Assembly (NCBI GenBank): GCA_018896215.1
Contig: JAHINB010000006.1
Location: forward strand, 2,941-66,940
Source of the DNA: Patescibacteria group bacterium
GTDB lineage: Bacteria > Patescibacteriota > WWE3 > 0-14-0-20-40-13
Direction: 5' to 3'
DNA length: 64,000 nt
The notes under the pieces were generated by a model that was not told the origin of the DNA, made no database searches, and worked only from the letters and a program-made list of their open reading frames with translations. Both the position numbers and the translations under genes were made by a program. Below are positions 45,701 through 55,033 of this stretch, in pieces; within the stretch, counting starts at the first letter, position 1, and each line of letters opens with the position of its first letter.

Positions 45701-45779
45701 TCTCTATAACCGCAATTAAAAAAAACAAAAGGACTCCTGGGGTTTTTATTGACTTAGTCAACGATAATTTTACTCCCAC
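42735..45779 (-). CDS. Large AftD/DUF3367-like GT-C protein with extracytoplasmic beta-rich domains
   Basis: AGGDN, GQWGW, FREPFTKF, PQYW, RILTVP, GVKYIL..D, KINPTKYRV, LVFNESFDKNW, HFKINGYANLW, C-terminal TM; paralogue of 46128-49799. Confidence 0.7.
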   Translation of the reverse strand: MGVKLSLTKSIKTPGVLLFFLIAVIEIIHIQLLFGDGHLLAGGDNYQYLQLCKETTNNYSWKESLPFGGPGYDVANLFGIPLYSKLTCFLSQDISERLLIFTLYFLKYFGFFLLSKALFKRFLLFACIPACLLLVFNPFGALNPFSYLYLLDGAYLPLSLYLFVRLLKSERVDYLTLSIIALSSVIFSSLNSNPALSMTIFIPQLIYLIFNLHRLSKIKLLNLFLYSMVLILCNLWWIVAQVQYYFSSVGILSNGNWSDFTNQGSLFQNLRFIGQWGWYEGHYLYNYYPFSQYYDSPLVVIATYLVVALTMGYGVVLALKKDRPALFALVFLLISLFLVGGSRPPFGILYRFLYDHISAFKVFREPFTKFGELYVLAFSLLFYRLLLGIRDWIKPYFRTNIFILFLFLVFIFGKPAILGEHVWDKWNGSMRTFRVSVPQYWDDFYKFQKKNLKDERILTVPKTYYGSAWNWPKGFSSADDVAVNFVSNGNTILGRPINTGSTSEKVVGNFYSDSNVNSNYFNFLGVKYILRENDLDWRYSGELTLSPSQLDDWIKKLNVIKVAEFGKFTPEYLETIVNDDPNVNLKNELYKELLNRPALEIYQVDGTEDSQKFYPIGNIYYVNGEIEDISELLSFTGALSSTGLFLEDIDFSSVKESFSPNQIYGVGKRDYLSRGHYLVTVPEKGSYNVFIKGDKIGLTGFKLTPSLDIVKGWYNIGNTSLEDSKEYSFFLDIPRGKNILAGTEPWHKSNLIGENNYADLAKTLFLEEGGDIYYKFVDSKELSGSYSISLDYNFSKDILGFAVVGVQQDGGYKIFSEKFSGAGAYYNEMELKKDTNSLLFLKQEFLINDKLKSKVDFMNISFAKAGSPSVVLKKVSDEKQQKTRPPNITYTKINPTKYRVQVDESGDSYNLVFNESFDKNWKLYFKGRNEISSTRHFKINGYANLWKIEPEDVGDASSYTLTVEYVVQRKIDLLIGICLTTFFSSLTYVIIRGVIKLKEYLVFNKVCLPRKKYP

Positions 45780-46131
45780 TTTTTTTTAGTTTCTTAAAAA
45801 ATGCAACTACCAGATAAAAATATGCCCAAATAGAAATTTTCTCGGCGACAGTTTCAAGACTAAGAAACTTAAGCGGCAGCACCAAAGACAGTAATACTAT
45901 TGAAAGCATCAGGTACCAATCATGTTTTCGTGTATACACCAATTCGCACAGTAACCACAAAACCATTAAGGGAAAAAATACAAACGAATAAACAAACTCT
46001 AGCAATACCATATCCATCAAAACACCCAGCATGAACAGGAAAAGCAACATAACCTTGTTTTTTACCAGGAATTTCTTAAGGAGCTTCAGCAATCTTGCAA
46101 CTTTTAATTTTAATTTAAGAATTATCTTCAT
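45754..46131 (-). CDS. Small hypothetical membrane protein (about 4 TM)
   Basis: 125 aa, hydrophobic, overlaps both neighbouring genes (translational coupling likely). Confidence 0.7.
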   Translation of the reverse strand: MKIILKLKLKVARLLKLLKKFLVKNKVMLLFLFMLGVLMDMVLLEFVYSFVFFPLMVLWLLCELVYTRKHDWYLMLSIVLLSLVLPLKFLSLETVAEKISIWAYFYLVVAFFKKLKKSGSKIIVD

Positions 46132-49100
46132 GACAAACTATGAACTCTAATAGCAGTGATAAATTTAAACATTCGTGCCGTTATAAAATATATCGTGGCT
46201 ACCAAAAATGTGCTCAAACTCAAAATAACACAAATCCTAAAAATCCTTTGTGGGTAAAACTCGATGACTAATGTATAACTTTCTTTATTATCTGCATCCT
46301 CGGGACTTACATGCCACAGATTTGCATATCCATTAACAATATCATGACTAGAATTAGAAATAAGTTTTGTCCCATCCAGATACATTCTCCAACCACGATT
46401 GTAACTCTCACTAAAAATTAAATCGTAAGGATCGGTTACTCCTGAAACACTAACCTTGTACTTAGTCGAATTTATCTTAGAAAACACTATGTTAGGAACA
46501 GTTGGGGTCGTATCTAGCGACTTATTCCCCCCTTTCTTAACTACAATGATGGGTTCTAACACCTCCTCTACACTAATATTCTTTACCCTTACATGGGAAG
46601 CCTTCCGAGCATACGGGTAGGCATAAATGTAAAATAGCGCCGACTTAGCATCGTTACTTGCCCTAAAAATCTTTTTGTAACTACGCCAACAATTGGACTC
46701 TCCAGATCTATCCAAACAGCTCTGATCTAATTCAGCCTTGACTAAAACTTTAGTCAAAAGCAACTGACTATTAGAGATTGGGGTTTGAACTGGGGAATTT
46801 GATTCAATAATAGCTATGCCCAAGCCTCCCGAATCAGTCGAATACTCAAAAGATACCGAATATTTCTTACCACTCTCAAAATTTTCCAATGGTTTGTAAT
46901 GTATCATGTCGTCCCACAAAACTAGGCTAGATTCTATTTCCCTAGGACGAGCGATATCTGAACCAAGCACATAATAACCCGGAAAAATGTTTTGCATAAC
47001 AAAATCTGCACTTGAACTATCTAAAGTAGCGAAGTTCGGAACCAACCACCCGCCAGAACCAATTAAATTCTTACCTTTAGGGAGCGATAAATTTACAATA
47101 TAATTTTTGCCTTTTTGAAATGTGGTAATACCATCGTAATACCAACCTTTTATCTCATCCTTTTGGTTTTTGACCTCCGTGTATTCCAAATCAGCAATTT
47201 TGACTTTTGGCAAAATTAGTTTTGCCAAAACACTATCACCAACATAAACACTGTACCTCCCATCTTCCGGAACTTTAAAAGTGTAACAGTAATCGCCACA
47301 ATCGGGGGTCGAGACCTCGTAAATCCAAGCAACAAAGTTTTTATATAGAACTCTAGGATCTTTGCTGTTACCAAAAGTATATTCAGAAAGAGGAATGGTT
47401 GCGTTGGATCTCTCAACATACATTAACACCTTACCCACCATTCCCCAAAAATCCCCCTCACTTTCATCGTCATTCATTATTTTTTCCTTTGGAACATTTT
47501 TAAGCACCTCCATTGATTGATCTACCAGATTCGCATAATCCCTAACAAGTTGTTCCTCTAATTGTGGGGGTACTCTATACTTAGCTATCTCCGCAGCTCT
47601 TTTTGCAGCAAGCCAAAGTAACAAGTCCGCCTTATCAAGGGGGTTTTTGGGGATAGCTTTTTCTATATCTTCCTTTACCTGCACAAATTTGTACTTAAAA
47701 TCTGTGGGATTCGTGTTAACCACAACCGGCCAAGCCCAACCCTCTTTCCATGTTAAATTTTCCAAGGAAAACCGCGAAAACTTTCTAGTACCAAAAATTA
47801 CTCTATCTGCGGATTCTCTCAAAGGTGATTCATCAACCTTCTCTGTATCTTTTATAAAAACCCCAATACCCTTTGCATAATTAGATGTACTCAAAACATA
47901 GGGTAACTCTTGAATAGTTGACCACGAATATACGAGATCTTTCGGAATGTAAAACTTCGGCAATTTATTATCTTCTGGAACCTTATACAGAACTAAAGCG
48001 GGTCTCCCTGTAAGTTCGGCATAGAGCTCTTCTCTTAAAGAAGTATTTGCTTCTCCGTTAGGTATTTTTAAAAGATACTTTGGGTCAAATTCGCCAAACT
48101 CTTGGATCTTTTCAACACCTAACTTATTAATTGCTAAATCATTTTGACTGGGTGGCAGAGTCAACTCCCCCGAATACCTCCAGTCTAAATCATTCTCTTG
48201 CAATATATAATCAACAGATAACAATGCGAGATAATTCTTAGGCAAGTCCGCAACCCGAAATATATTATCTATAACTTCACCCGCTTCGGAACCTGAAGCA
48301 ATGGGGTTTCTCAAAACACTGTTTCCCCCATCCACAAAGTTTACCGCTATGTCATCGGCTGATGAAAATCCATAAATCCAATTCCAAGCTCCACCATAAT
48401 AGGATTTTGGGGTAGTTAGTATTCGAGCATCTTTTAAATTATCGTGAGTAAATTTTTCAAATTCTTTCCAGTATGTTGGTATATTTATCCTTGAAGTTCT
48501 AACGCTCCCATTCCACTTAGACCACACATGCTCGCCCAAAAGAACTGGTTTTGCGTTCATAAGAACTAACAACAAAACGAACATAAATAATCCAAATTTC
48601 CACTTTCCCTGAAAACGCTTTTCAATATTTGTGAGTGCTACATAAAATAAAACCGAGAAGGATAGCACATACAATTCACCGAATTTTGTAAAAGGTTCTC
48701 TAAAAATCTTGAATCCGGGAAAGTAATTAAACAACAAGGTGTAAACGAAACCAAAAGGCGAACGAGACCCCCCTACCAAAAACAGGGAGAGCAAAAATAG
48801 AGCAATAAAAAAGATTTGGGGTTTTCTTGAACTCACTTTTTGTCCAAAAGACAAAGCGATCGTAAAAATAACCAATGCATAGCTAAAAAAGAAAATGGTT
48901 GGCTTGTCATACCAATCATGAAATGGGTAATAATCGTATAGAAAGTGTTTGCCGTACCAACCCCACTGCCCAATGAATCTAAAATTCTGATACAAGTGCC
49001 CCACCGATGAAGCAGAAAACCACCCGCTCTTAAAAACCCTATTTGCATTTTCCATATAATAATAAAGCATAGGTGTTACCCACCACAAATTTACCAAAAT

Positions 49101-49799
49101 AAAGGCGATGTAATAACTTAATACATTTAAAACCCTCGCTCTATGCATATTCTTTATTGATAAAACTAGATACAAAGCCTGGGGAATAAATATGGTCACA
49201 GACAAAGCAGGATTTGAATTTATGGGAGTGAAAATCACCGATAACACCAGTAACTTAAATATGTAAGAAAAACTAAAACTTTTACTTTCTACCAACTTAA
49301 TAAAATAATATAAAGAAAGTGGAAGATATGCCCCATACATTAAAGGAAAAAATGAAAATGGATTCAAAGATCCAAATGCGTTAAATGAAAAAAGCACCGT
49401 TGCAGGAAGAAGCGCAAATACGGAAAATTTCCGGGAGAATAATCTCGTTAATTTGTAGAAACCCACGAACCCAAAAAAATACAAACAGAAAATCAACAGC
49501 CTTTGAAGAACAGCCGTTGATAGAAAGCTAAACAGTGTTGAATAGAGGGGAAATCCCAATAAGTTTGGGGTTGCGTTGTTTATACCCCCTAAAGGAATAG
49601 CGGTATCCCAAATGTATAAGTTAAATGCCCTCTTTCCCAATTGTAAGTATGTGTAATTATCTCCACTAGCCAACAGTTCGACATCACCAAACAGAATGTA
49701 TACATAAACTGCTTCCAAGATTGCAATACAAAGAAAAAATAGCACTTCGGGTCTAAAAGCAAGTTGTTTAATTTTTGGAATACCCATTTTTATCACCAT
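46128..49799 (-). CDS. Large AftD/DUF3367-like GT-C protein with DUF5667-like helical insert and CBM-like domain
   Basis: Same motifs as 42735-45779 (ASGDN, GQWGW, FREPFTKF, SSADD, NGYANLW) plus insert NPTDFKYKFVQVKE...KADLLLWLAAKRAAE. Confidence 0.7.
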   Translation of the reverse strand: MVIKMGIPKIKQLAFRPEVLFFLCIAILEAVYVYILFGDVELLASGDNYTYLQLGKRAFNLYIWDTAIPLGGINNATPNLLGFPLYSTLFSFLSTAVLQRLLIFCLYFFGFVGFYKLTRLFSRKFSVFALLPATVLFSFNAFGSLNPFSFFPLMYGAYLPLSLYYFIKLVESKSFSFSYIFKLLVLSVIFTPINSNPALSVTIFIPQALYLVLSIKNMHRARVLNVLSYYIAFILVNLWWVTPMLYYYMENANRVFKSGWFSASSVGHLYQNFRFIGQWGWYGKHFLYDYYPFHDWYDKPTIFFFSYALVIFTIALSFGQKVSSRKPQIFFIALFLLSLFLVGGSRSPFGFVYTLLFNYFPGFKIFREPFTKFGELYVLSFSVLFYVALTNIEKRFQGKWKFGLFMFVLLLVLMNAKPVLLGEHVWSKWNGSVRTSRINIPTYWKEFEKFTHDNLKDARILTTPKSYYGGAWNWIYGFSSADDIAVNFVDGGNSVLRNPIASGSEAGEVIDNIFRVADLPKNYLALLSVDYILQENDLDWRYSGELTLPPSQNDLAINKLGVEKIQEFGEFDPKYLLKIPNGEANTSLREELYAELTGRPALVLYKVPEDNKLPKFYIPKDLVYSWSTIQELPYVLSTSNYAKGIGVFIKDTEKVDESPLRESADRVIFGTRKFSRFSLENLTWKEGWAWPVVVNTNPTDFKYKFVQVKEDIEKAIPKNPLDKADLLLWLAAKRAAEIAKYRVPPQLEEQLVRDYANLVDQSMEVLKNVPKEKIMNDDESEGDFWGMVGKVLMYVERSNATIPLSEYTFGNSKDPRVLYKNFVAWIYEVSTPDCGDYCYTFKVPEDGRYSVYVGDSVLAKLILPKVKIADLEYTEVKNQKDEIKGWYYDGITTFQKGKNYIVNLSLPKGKNLIGSGGWLVPNFATLDSSSADFVMQNIFPGYYVLGSDIARPREIESSLVLWDDMIHYKPLENFESGKKYSVSFEYSTDSGGLGIAIIESNSPVQTPISNSQLLLTKVLVKAELDQSCLDRSGESNCWRSYKKIFRASNDAKSALFYIYAYPYARKASHVRVKNISVEEVLEPIIVVKKGGNKSLDTTPTVPNIVFSKINSTKYKVSVSGVTDPYDLIFSESYNRGWRMYLDGTKLISNSSHDIVNGYANLWHVSPEDADNKESYTLVIEFYPQRIFRICVILSLSTFLVATIYFITARMFKFITAIRVHSLS

Positions 49800-49830
49800 A
49801 TGTATGGGTAACTCCCCTGACTAAAAATAA

Positions 49831-52098
49831 TTAATCACTATAAAAAACCCGAAATTGTAGACCGGGAATATTCTTCTCTTCCGTAGCTACACCAAAATCA
49901 CCAGGTATCATAGTACTTTTGGCTTCTATTGTGGCCGTCTTGGTGTCTGGATTCCAAGAAAGTGTGCTGATATTTGAAAAAACCTTCTGAATATTGTCCA
50001 CATTTTCTGGCAATCCCTCAACCCTAATTCTGTAAGTACCCTTAAAAAATACCCTAAATCTGGTGCTATGACAATACAAGCCTGCTGTTCTGGCCCCAAT
50101 TCCAATGTCGCTGGGAGGCTCAACTTTCTTGCCATCGGATACATACTTCGTATCGGGGTAGGAGTAGCAAGGAGGAAACATATAACCATCCTTTAAGGTA
50201 GCCATATTAAAGGTTAGCGACTTCGGAAAAAAGTAATGAGACATGTCTTTAAACCCCACACTGTAATTTAAACTAATATTGGAAACCCGTTCTTTAAGTT
50301 TAACAACCGCATACTGAGTTTCCAAAAGAGAATCTATTTCCGGATTCCATGTAATTCCAAGCACCTTCCAAGCAAAATACTTTGTTATGTGCATATAAAA
50401 TGCACCAAAAGTTGGAAATCGGTAAAAAATTTTCTCCATATACTTATCAATAAACGCCCTCTGGTTGTGGGTTCCTAAATCAACATTTTTCGTCGTATAA
50501 ACCAAACCAATGTTCCAATAAGGCCAAAGAACATAACGCACATCCTTGTTCTTTTCCTCCGTGATTTTTTCCAAAGAGTCACTTCCTATAGTTTTTGGTG
50601 TGTAACCAGTAAACCACATCATCTTTTGAATCATTTCCTCTTTCGCAATGCCCAAATCAGAGGCTAGCTTCTCTGTATCAATATAGGTTAACGGAAAATT
50701 TCCCTTTTCTGGAAAATCCGTTCTTATCATGTCGACAGTAATTAACACTCTTAGAGAGGTAGTAATCAGGAAAATTCCAAGGAAACCAAAGAGAACCTTC
50801 TTTAGAGACCATCTTTTCAGAGGATCTAGAATCAGAACAGCTTTTTCTAATACCATGGATAAGAGCATTATTCCCAAAAATCCTATCGGGACCCCCCATC
50901 TGGACCAGTGAACAACTCGCATGGAAACCCCTAAATAGTAAAACACCAGCGATAGCGCTAGAACAAGTCCTGTGTAAGGATACAGATCCCCTTCAAAAAT
51001 ACTTCTTATGTTAACTTTTTGTAGCATTTTATTAAAAATCTTTCTTAAATCGTTTTTCTTAACGAGAATAAAAAGTAAAAGAACTAGTACGACAGCCACA
51101 AGGGCTGATAGTCCCAAATATTCAGCAAAAAAATCATATATATAAACCTTCCAACTCCCAAAGGATTGACTCGGATAATCAAAATCAAACTGCGTACTGT
51201 GAACAGTTGCTTTCTTTACCCCATACCAAAATCTAATGTAATCAAAAGGCTTAGGCATAAAAATCACCCAAAGAAGAATCCCGCCAAAAAAAATCCCAGC
51301 GGTGTAAAGGACAGATTTGTATAGATAATTTATGCTAAAAGAGGTGTGTTTCTGTCGCGACCATAAAAATGAATTTACTGTTGTGATGGAAAAAATTGGA
51401 AGAAACAAGAATAAAGACTTTAAATTGGTAAAAGAGCCCAAAAACAAAAATGCGAGATTAATCACAAAAGTTTTGGCAACCGATGCCTTGCTTTTTTGTA
51501 ACCAGAAAGAGATGATAAGATAATTCAAAAAAACTATTACCATCATCGAGTCAGAATTTATCCTAATAAATCTCTCCAAAATTCCTGGGGATGCGAAATA
51601 CAGAACACTAAAAAAGACTGAGCGCAATTTAATTTTGCTATCGTTCTTTTGCAAGACAATAAGTCCTAAGATATAGGCCAAAATATAGAGGATGAATCCA
51701 AACCAATGACCCCAAAAGTATGTGGCCAACGAGGGATCGCCTTGGGGAAAATTTACCCCTGAGCTAGTAACTAGATTTATAAAAGAAAAAAACCCCGCAA
51801 GCAAATATTCGGTTAAAGCGACATGAATATAATTGTGAAGTTCTTGACCAGCCATTATAGTAAAAGCATTAAAATAAAACTGATATTCGTCGGAGTGAGC
51901 CATAGTTCTGGATACTATAGGGATGGTGATGATAAGACCAAAGACAAAAACTAAAATCAAAGGAATAATAAGTAGGTTTGCTAATAAACTCCTTTTAACA
52001 AACAAGTATATCTCCCTAACGGTAGCGTTTTTTCTTAAGTATTTCCAAAACTCTATTATTTTTTTTCTAGCAACATTTATTATTGTTAATATTTTCAT
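49831..52098 (-). CDS. Multi-TM membrane protein, probable GT-C, with large C-terminal soluble domain
   Basis: TM1 then HSDEYQFY, RINSD, TNLK, HWSRWG; about 11 TM. Likely start MKILTI at 52098. Confidence 0.62.
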   Translation of the reverse strand: MKILTIINVARKKIIEFWKYLRKNATVREIYLFVKRSLLANLLIIPLILVFVFGLIITIPIVSRTMAHSDEYQFYFNAFTIMAGQELHNYIHVALTEYLLAGFFSFINLVTSSGVNFPQGDPSLATYFWGHWFGFILYILAYILGLIVLQKNDSKIKLRSVFFSVLYFASPGILERFIRINSDSMMVIVFLNYLIISFWLQKSKASVAKTFVINLAFLFLGSFTNLKSLFLFLPIFSITTVNSFLWSRQKHTSFSINYLYKSVLYTAGIFFGGILLWVIFMPKPFDYIRFWYGVKKATVHSTQFDFDYPSQSFGSWKVYIYDFFAEYLGLSALVAVVLVLLLFILVKKNDLRKIFNKMLQKVNIRSIFEGDLYPYTGLVLALSLVFYYLGVSMRVVHWSRWGVPIGFLGIMLLSMVLEKAVLILDPLKRWSLKKVLFGFLGIFLITTSLRVLITVDMIRTDFPEKGNFPLTYIDTEKLASDLGIAKEEMIQKMMWFTGYTPKTIGSDSLEKITEEKNKDVRYVLWPYWNIGLVYTTKNVDLGTHNQRAFIDKYMEKIFYRFPTFGAFYMHITKYFAWKVLGITWNPEIDSLLETQYAVVKLKERVSNISLNYSVGFKDMSHYFFPKSLTFNMATLKDGYMFPPCYSYPDTKYVSDGKKVEPPSDIGIGARTAGLYCHSTRFRVFFKGTYRIRVEGLPENVDNIQKVFSNISTLSWNPDTKTATIEAKSTMIPGDFGVATEEKNIPGLQFRVFYSD

Positions 52099-52102
52099 AG
52101 GT

Positions 52103-53146
52103 TTATTTTGTAACTTTAGGAACACCTAATTCTAAAAAAGCAAGTATTTTGTGGGGTAAAAAGTACATATTTTTCATAACTTCTATATCACCAACGGTAC
52201 GAATCTGCTGAATCTGCTTTCTCTTACTAAATGTGCTTTTTATATTTTTAATATTCCATACATACGCCCTAAAGTATGAATTGTAGGCAGAAGAAGCCTG
52301 TCCAGTTAGAACCAAAGCCACAGCCTCAACTATATTAATACAAAAATAGTATAGCAAAATCCACCAAACATTCCAAACAGAATAATTTTTTAGGATATTT
52401 CGAATAATATTCCTTTCGGCCAAAAATCTTCTCTTAGAGTTGGTAACATATTTTTCTTTGGGATTTGGATACCCACCAATACCAACGCTACCACCACTAA
52501 AATGGTAGATAACAGAATCAAAAACTGGAATCACAGACATCCCCATTAAGTGAGCTTTCCATGAGAGATCTACATCTTCGGCAAACAAAAAAGTGACTTC
52601 GTCCATCATTCCAATTTTAATGTAGTTCTCTCGTTTCATAAAAACACTAGTCCCATCAGCATAAAAGATTTTTTTTAACCTTTTTTTACCATCCCTGCTA
52701 TAAGTTCTTGCAGGATATCCAAAAATGTCAGCTGCGATCCCGCAGCTAATAAATTCTTTGCCATCGTAGGTCATTTGTCTTGCGGTATATATTTGTTCGT
52801 CATCTTTTTCCGCAGCTTTAACGAGCAGTTCCACACATTTCGGATCAGTCCAAGTATCGGGACCTAAAAGAAATATATATTTTCCGGTCGCATTTAAAAC
52901 TCCAAGATTGTTTCCAGCCGCACAACCCGCATTTGTGGGAGACACCACTACCTGACCTCTTTTAATTCTTTTTTGGGCGTCAACAACTGTATTATCTGGA
53001 GATAAACTATCCACAAAAATTACCTCAATATTTGGGTAGGATTGATTATTAACAGAATCAAAATATTTTTGATTAAATCTTTCGTTTTTATAGGCTGTGG
53101 TGACAATAGAAACCAGTGGCTCTTTAAATTTTCTATCTTTTGGCAT
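52103..53146 (-). CDS. Glycosyltransferase family 2 (WbbL-like)
   Basis: VDSLSPD, NAGCAAGNN, LGPD, DEVTFLFAEDVDLSWK, ERN. Confidence 0.88.
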   Translation of the reverse strand: MPKDRKFKEPLVSIVTTAYKNERFNQKYFDSVNNQSYPNIEVIFVDSLSPDNTVVDAQKRIKRGQVVVSPTNAGCAAGNNLGVLNATGKYIFLLGPDTWTDPKCVELLVKAAEKDDEQIYTARQMTYDGKEFISCGIAADIFGYPARTYSRDGKKRLKKIFYADGTSVFMKRENYIKIGMMDEVTFLFAEDVDLSWKAHLMGMSVIPVFDSVIYHFSGGSVGIGGYPNPKEKYVTNSKRRFLAERNIIRNILKNYSVWNVWWILLYYFCINIVEAVALVLTGQASSAYNSYFRAYVWNIKNIKSTFSKRKQIQQIRTVGDIEVMKNMYFLPHKILAFLELGVPKVTK

Positions 53147-54044
53147 TTCTAAATTTTAACATTTTGTTTAAGTACGACTCTAAAGCTATTTCCCAATTTC
53201 TCATAACTTTAAGACCCAATTTATGAATTTTCTGATTAATAGCGACCTCAAAAGGCGGTCGTGGTGCATAATAATTCTTGGCAAAAAAATCGGAGGTGAC
53301 CTCCGTCAGCTTAACATGACTAAAATCAAAAAATTCAATTATCTTTTCTGCTACATCGTAACGAGAACAATTTCCTTCGCTAACCATATGATAAAGTCCC
53401 GAATCGGCTACGCGCAACATTTTTACAATACCCTTAGAAAAATCCTCGGTGTATGTAGGACAACCAAACATATCAGTAAGAGCGTATAACTCGGTCTTCC
53501 CTTGATCAACTTGATCCAAAATCTTTTTAACAAACTTTTTATCTCTGTCAAAACCACCCATCATCCAACCCGCTCTAAAAATGTGATAATTCCCTTTTAA
53601 TATTCTCTGTACCGAAAGATCACCTTGGTGCTTGGCCTTTCCATAAACATTTACTGGGTTGGGTTTATCTTCTTCGGTATAAGGGATTTTTTTTGTCCCA
53701 TCAAAAACTCCAGCGGTACTGATATGAACCATTGGGATACCGTATTTTTTGCAGACTAAAGCTACATTTTCGGCTCCTTGGGCATTAGTTTCGTAAGCTT
53801 CGTTGGAATGGGATTCACAATATTCAACATCTGTAAGTGCTGCAAAATTAAAAATATAATCGGGTTTTATTTTTTTAGCCAGCAAAGATATGGAATTTTT
53901 ATCTCTTACATCCAACCTTTGCGTCCAAGGGTCTAGGGGTTTAAGATCCGTGGAAACAATATCAAACAAATTTTTAAAGGTACTATAAAAGGTTGTGCCT
54001 AACATACCAGAAGCACCAGTTATTAGGATACGATTTTTTTTCAT
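53133..54044 (-). CDS. rmlD: dTDP-4-dehydrorhamnose reductase-like SDR
   Basis: ITGASGMLG, AALTDVEYCE, HISTAGVFDG, PVNVYGKAK, GCPT, APRP. Confidence 0.85.
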   Translation of the reverse strand: MKKNRILITGASGMLGTTFYSTFKNLFDIVSTDLKPLDPWTQRLDVRDKNSISLLAKKIKPDYIFNFAALTDVEYCESHSNEAYETNAQGAENVALVCKKYGIPMVHISTAGVFDGTKKIPYTEEDKPNPVNVYGKAKHQGDLSVQRILKGNYHIFRAGWMMGGFDRDKKFVKKILDQVDQGKTELYALTDMFGCPTYTEDFSKGIVKMLRVADSGLYHMVSEGNCSRYDVAEKIIEFFDFSHVKLTEVTSDFFAKNYYAPRPPFEVAINQKIHKLGLKVMRNWEIALESYLNKMLKFRNAKR

Positions 54045-54075
54045 AAAACAAGAAATACCACTAAAGCTACGGGGG

Positions 54076-54939
54076 CTAGTCTAACATAATATTTCGAAAC
54101 AGAAAATCCCCAACTGTTATAGGTCCATAACCTTTATCGGTAAAATTTCTAAAATAAACCAACTGAAAATTAAATTTATCGCTATACAACAAAGAGTTGA
54201 TTTGGCTAAAGGTGTAATTATTGTTATCTTCTAAACTTATCTCTATATGTAAATACTTTGTTTTGATAAGAGTCTTTTGAGCCCCTCTTAAAACATGAGC
54301 CTCGTAACCTTCGGTGTCAATTTTTAAAAGGTCAATGACCCTAATTTTTTCTTGAAGACACCAGTTATCCAAAGTTGTGGATCGCACTTTAACAGTTTTA
54401 CCACTATCCTTTGCATCCCTATCAATAACATGACTAACGGCGGACTCTTGATCCTTAAAACTCATAGAAACCATTCCATCCTTATCTGAAATAGCAACAC
54501 CATATACTTTGTCAAGGTTAGAAGTGAGGTTTGCTTTAAGATTTGTAAAAATCTGCGGGACAGGCTCTATAGCATAAATTTGCGCTTTTGGATAAAGTTC
54601 TCGTAGCATCATAGAAAAAAACCCTACATTAGCACCAATATCAACAATTGTATTTGCCGTCTTTGAACCCGCATCGCGCAACATTCTTTGTTGCCTCACT
54701 AACATACTTTGATACCCTGCAATTCCATAAGGGGAATCGTAAAAAATCCTTTTTCCAAAAAGATTGGTGTAATTCTCCCCAAAGACAAATTTTTTTATTC
54801 CTGATGAAAGCAAAAATAACTCCCAGTATTTTTTAAAAAGAAATTCTATTTTCTTAGAAAATTCCCAATGACAAACTGCAAACATCCCCAAATCAAGTTC
54901 AATTGAGGATTTAACAAACCAAAACATTCCTTTTATCAT
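54076..54939 (-). CDS. FkbM family methyltransferase
   Basis: VDIGANVG, IEP, TTLD, LLKIDTEGYE..VLRGA. Confidence 0.9.
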   Translation of the reverse strand: MIKGMFWFVKSSIELDLGMFAVCHWEFSKKIEFLFKKYWELFLLSSGIKKFVFGENYTNLFGKRIFYDSPYGIAGYQSMLVRQQRMLRDAGSKTANTIVDIGANVGFFSMMLRELYPKAQIYAIEPVPQIFTNLKANLTSNLDKVYGVAISDKDGMVSMSFKDQESAVSHVIDRDAKDSGKTVKVRSTTLDNWCLQEKIRVIDLLKIDTEGYEAHVLRGAQKTLIKTKYLHIEISLEDNNNYTFSQINSLLYSDKFNFQLVYFRNFTDKGYGPITVGDFLFRNIMLD

Positions 54940-55033
54940 TTCAAATAAGGCTTACGCTCAAAAAATATTCCTTTTAATTTTTCGTATTTTATGCCAATAT
55001 CTTCCAAGAACAATTTAGACTACAATTTTAATT

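Noticed and set aside
54937-55020. Possible 3' remnant of a lost gene (SKLFLEDIGIKYEKLKGIFFERKPYLK*, stop overlapping the FkbM ATG)
   Set aside because: Suggestive ATGA overlap, but too short and no homologue recognisable in the window.
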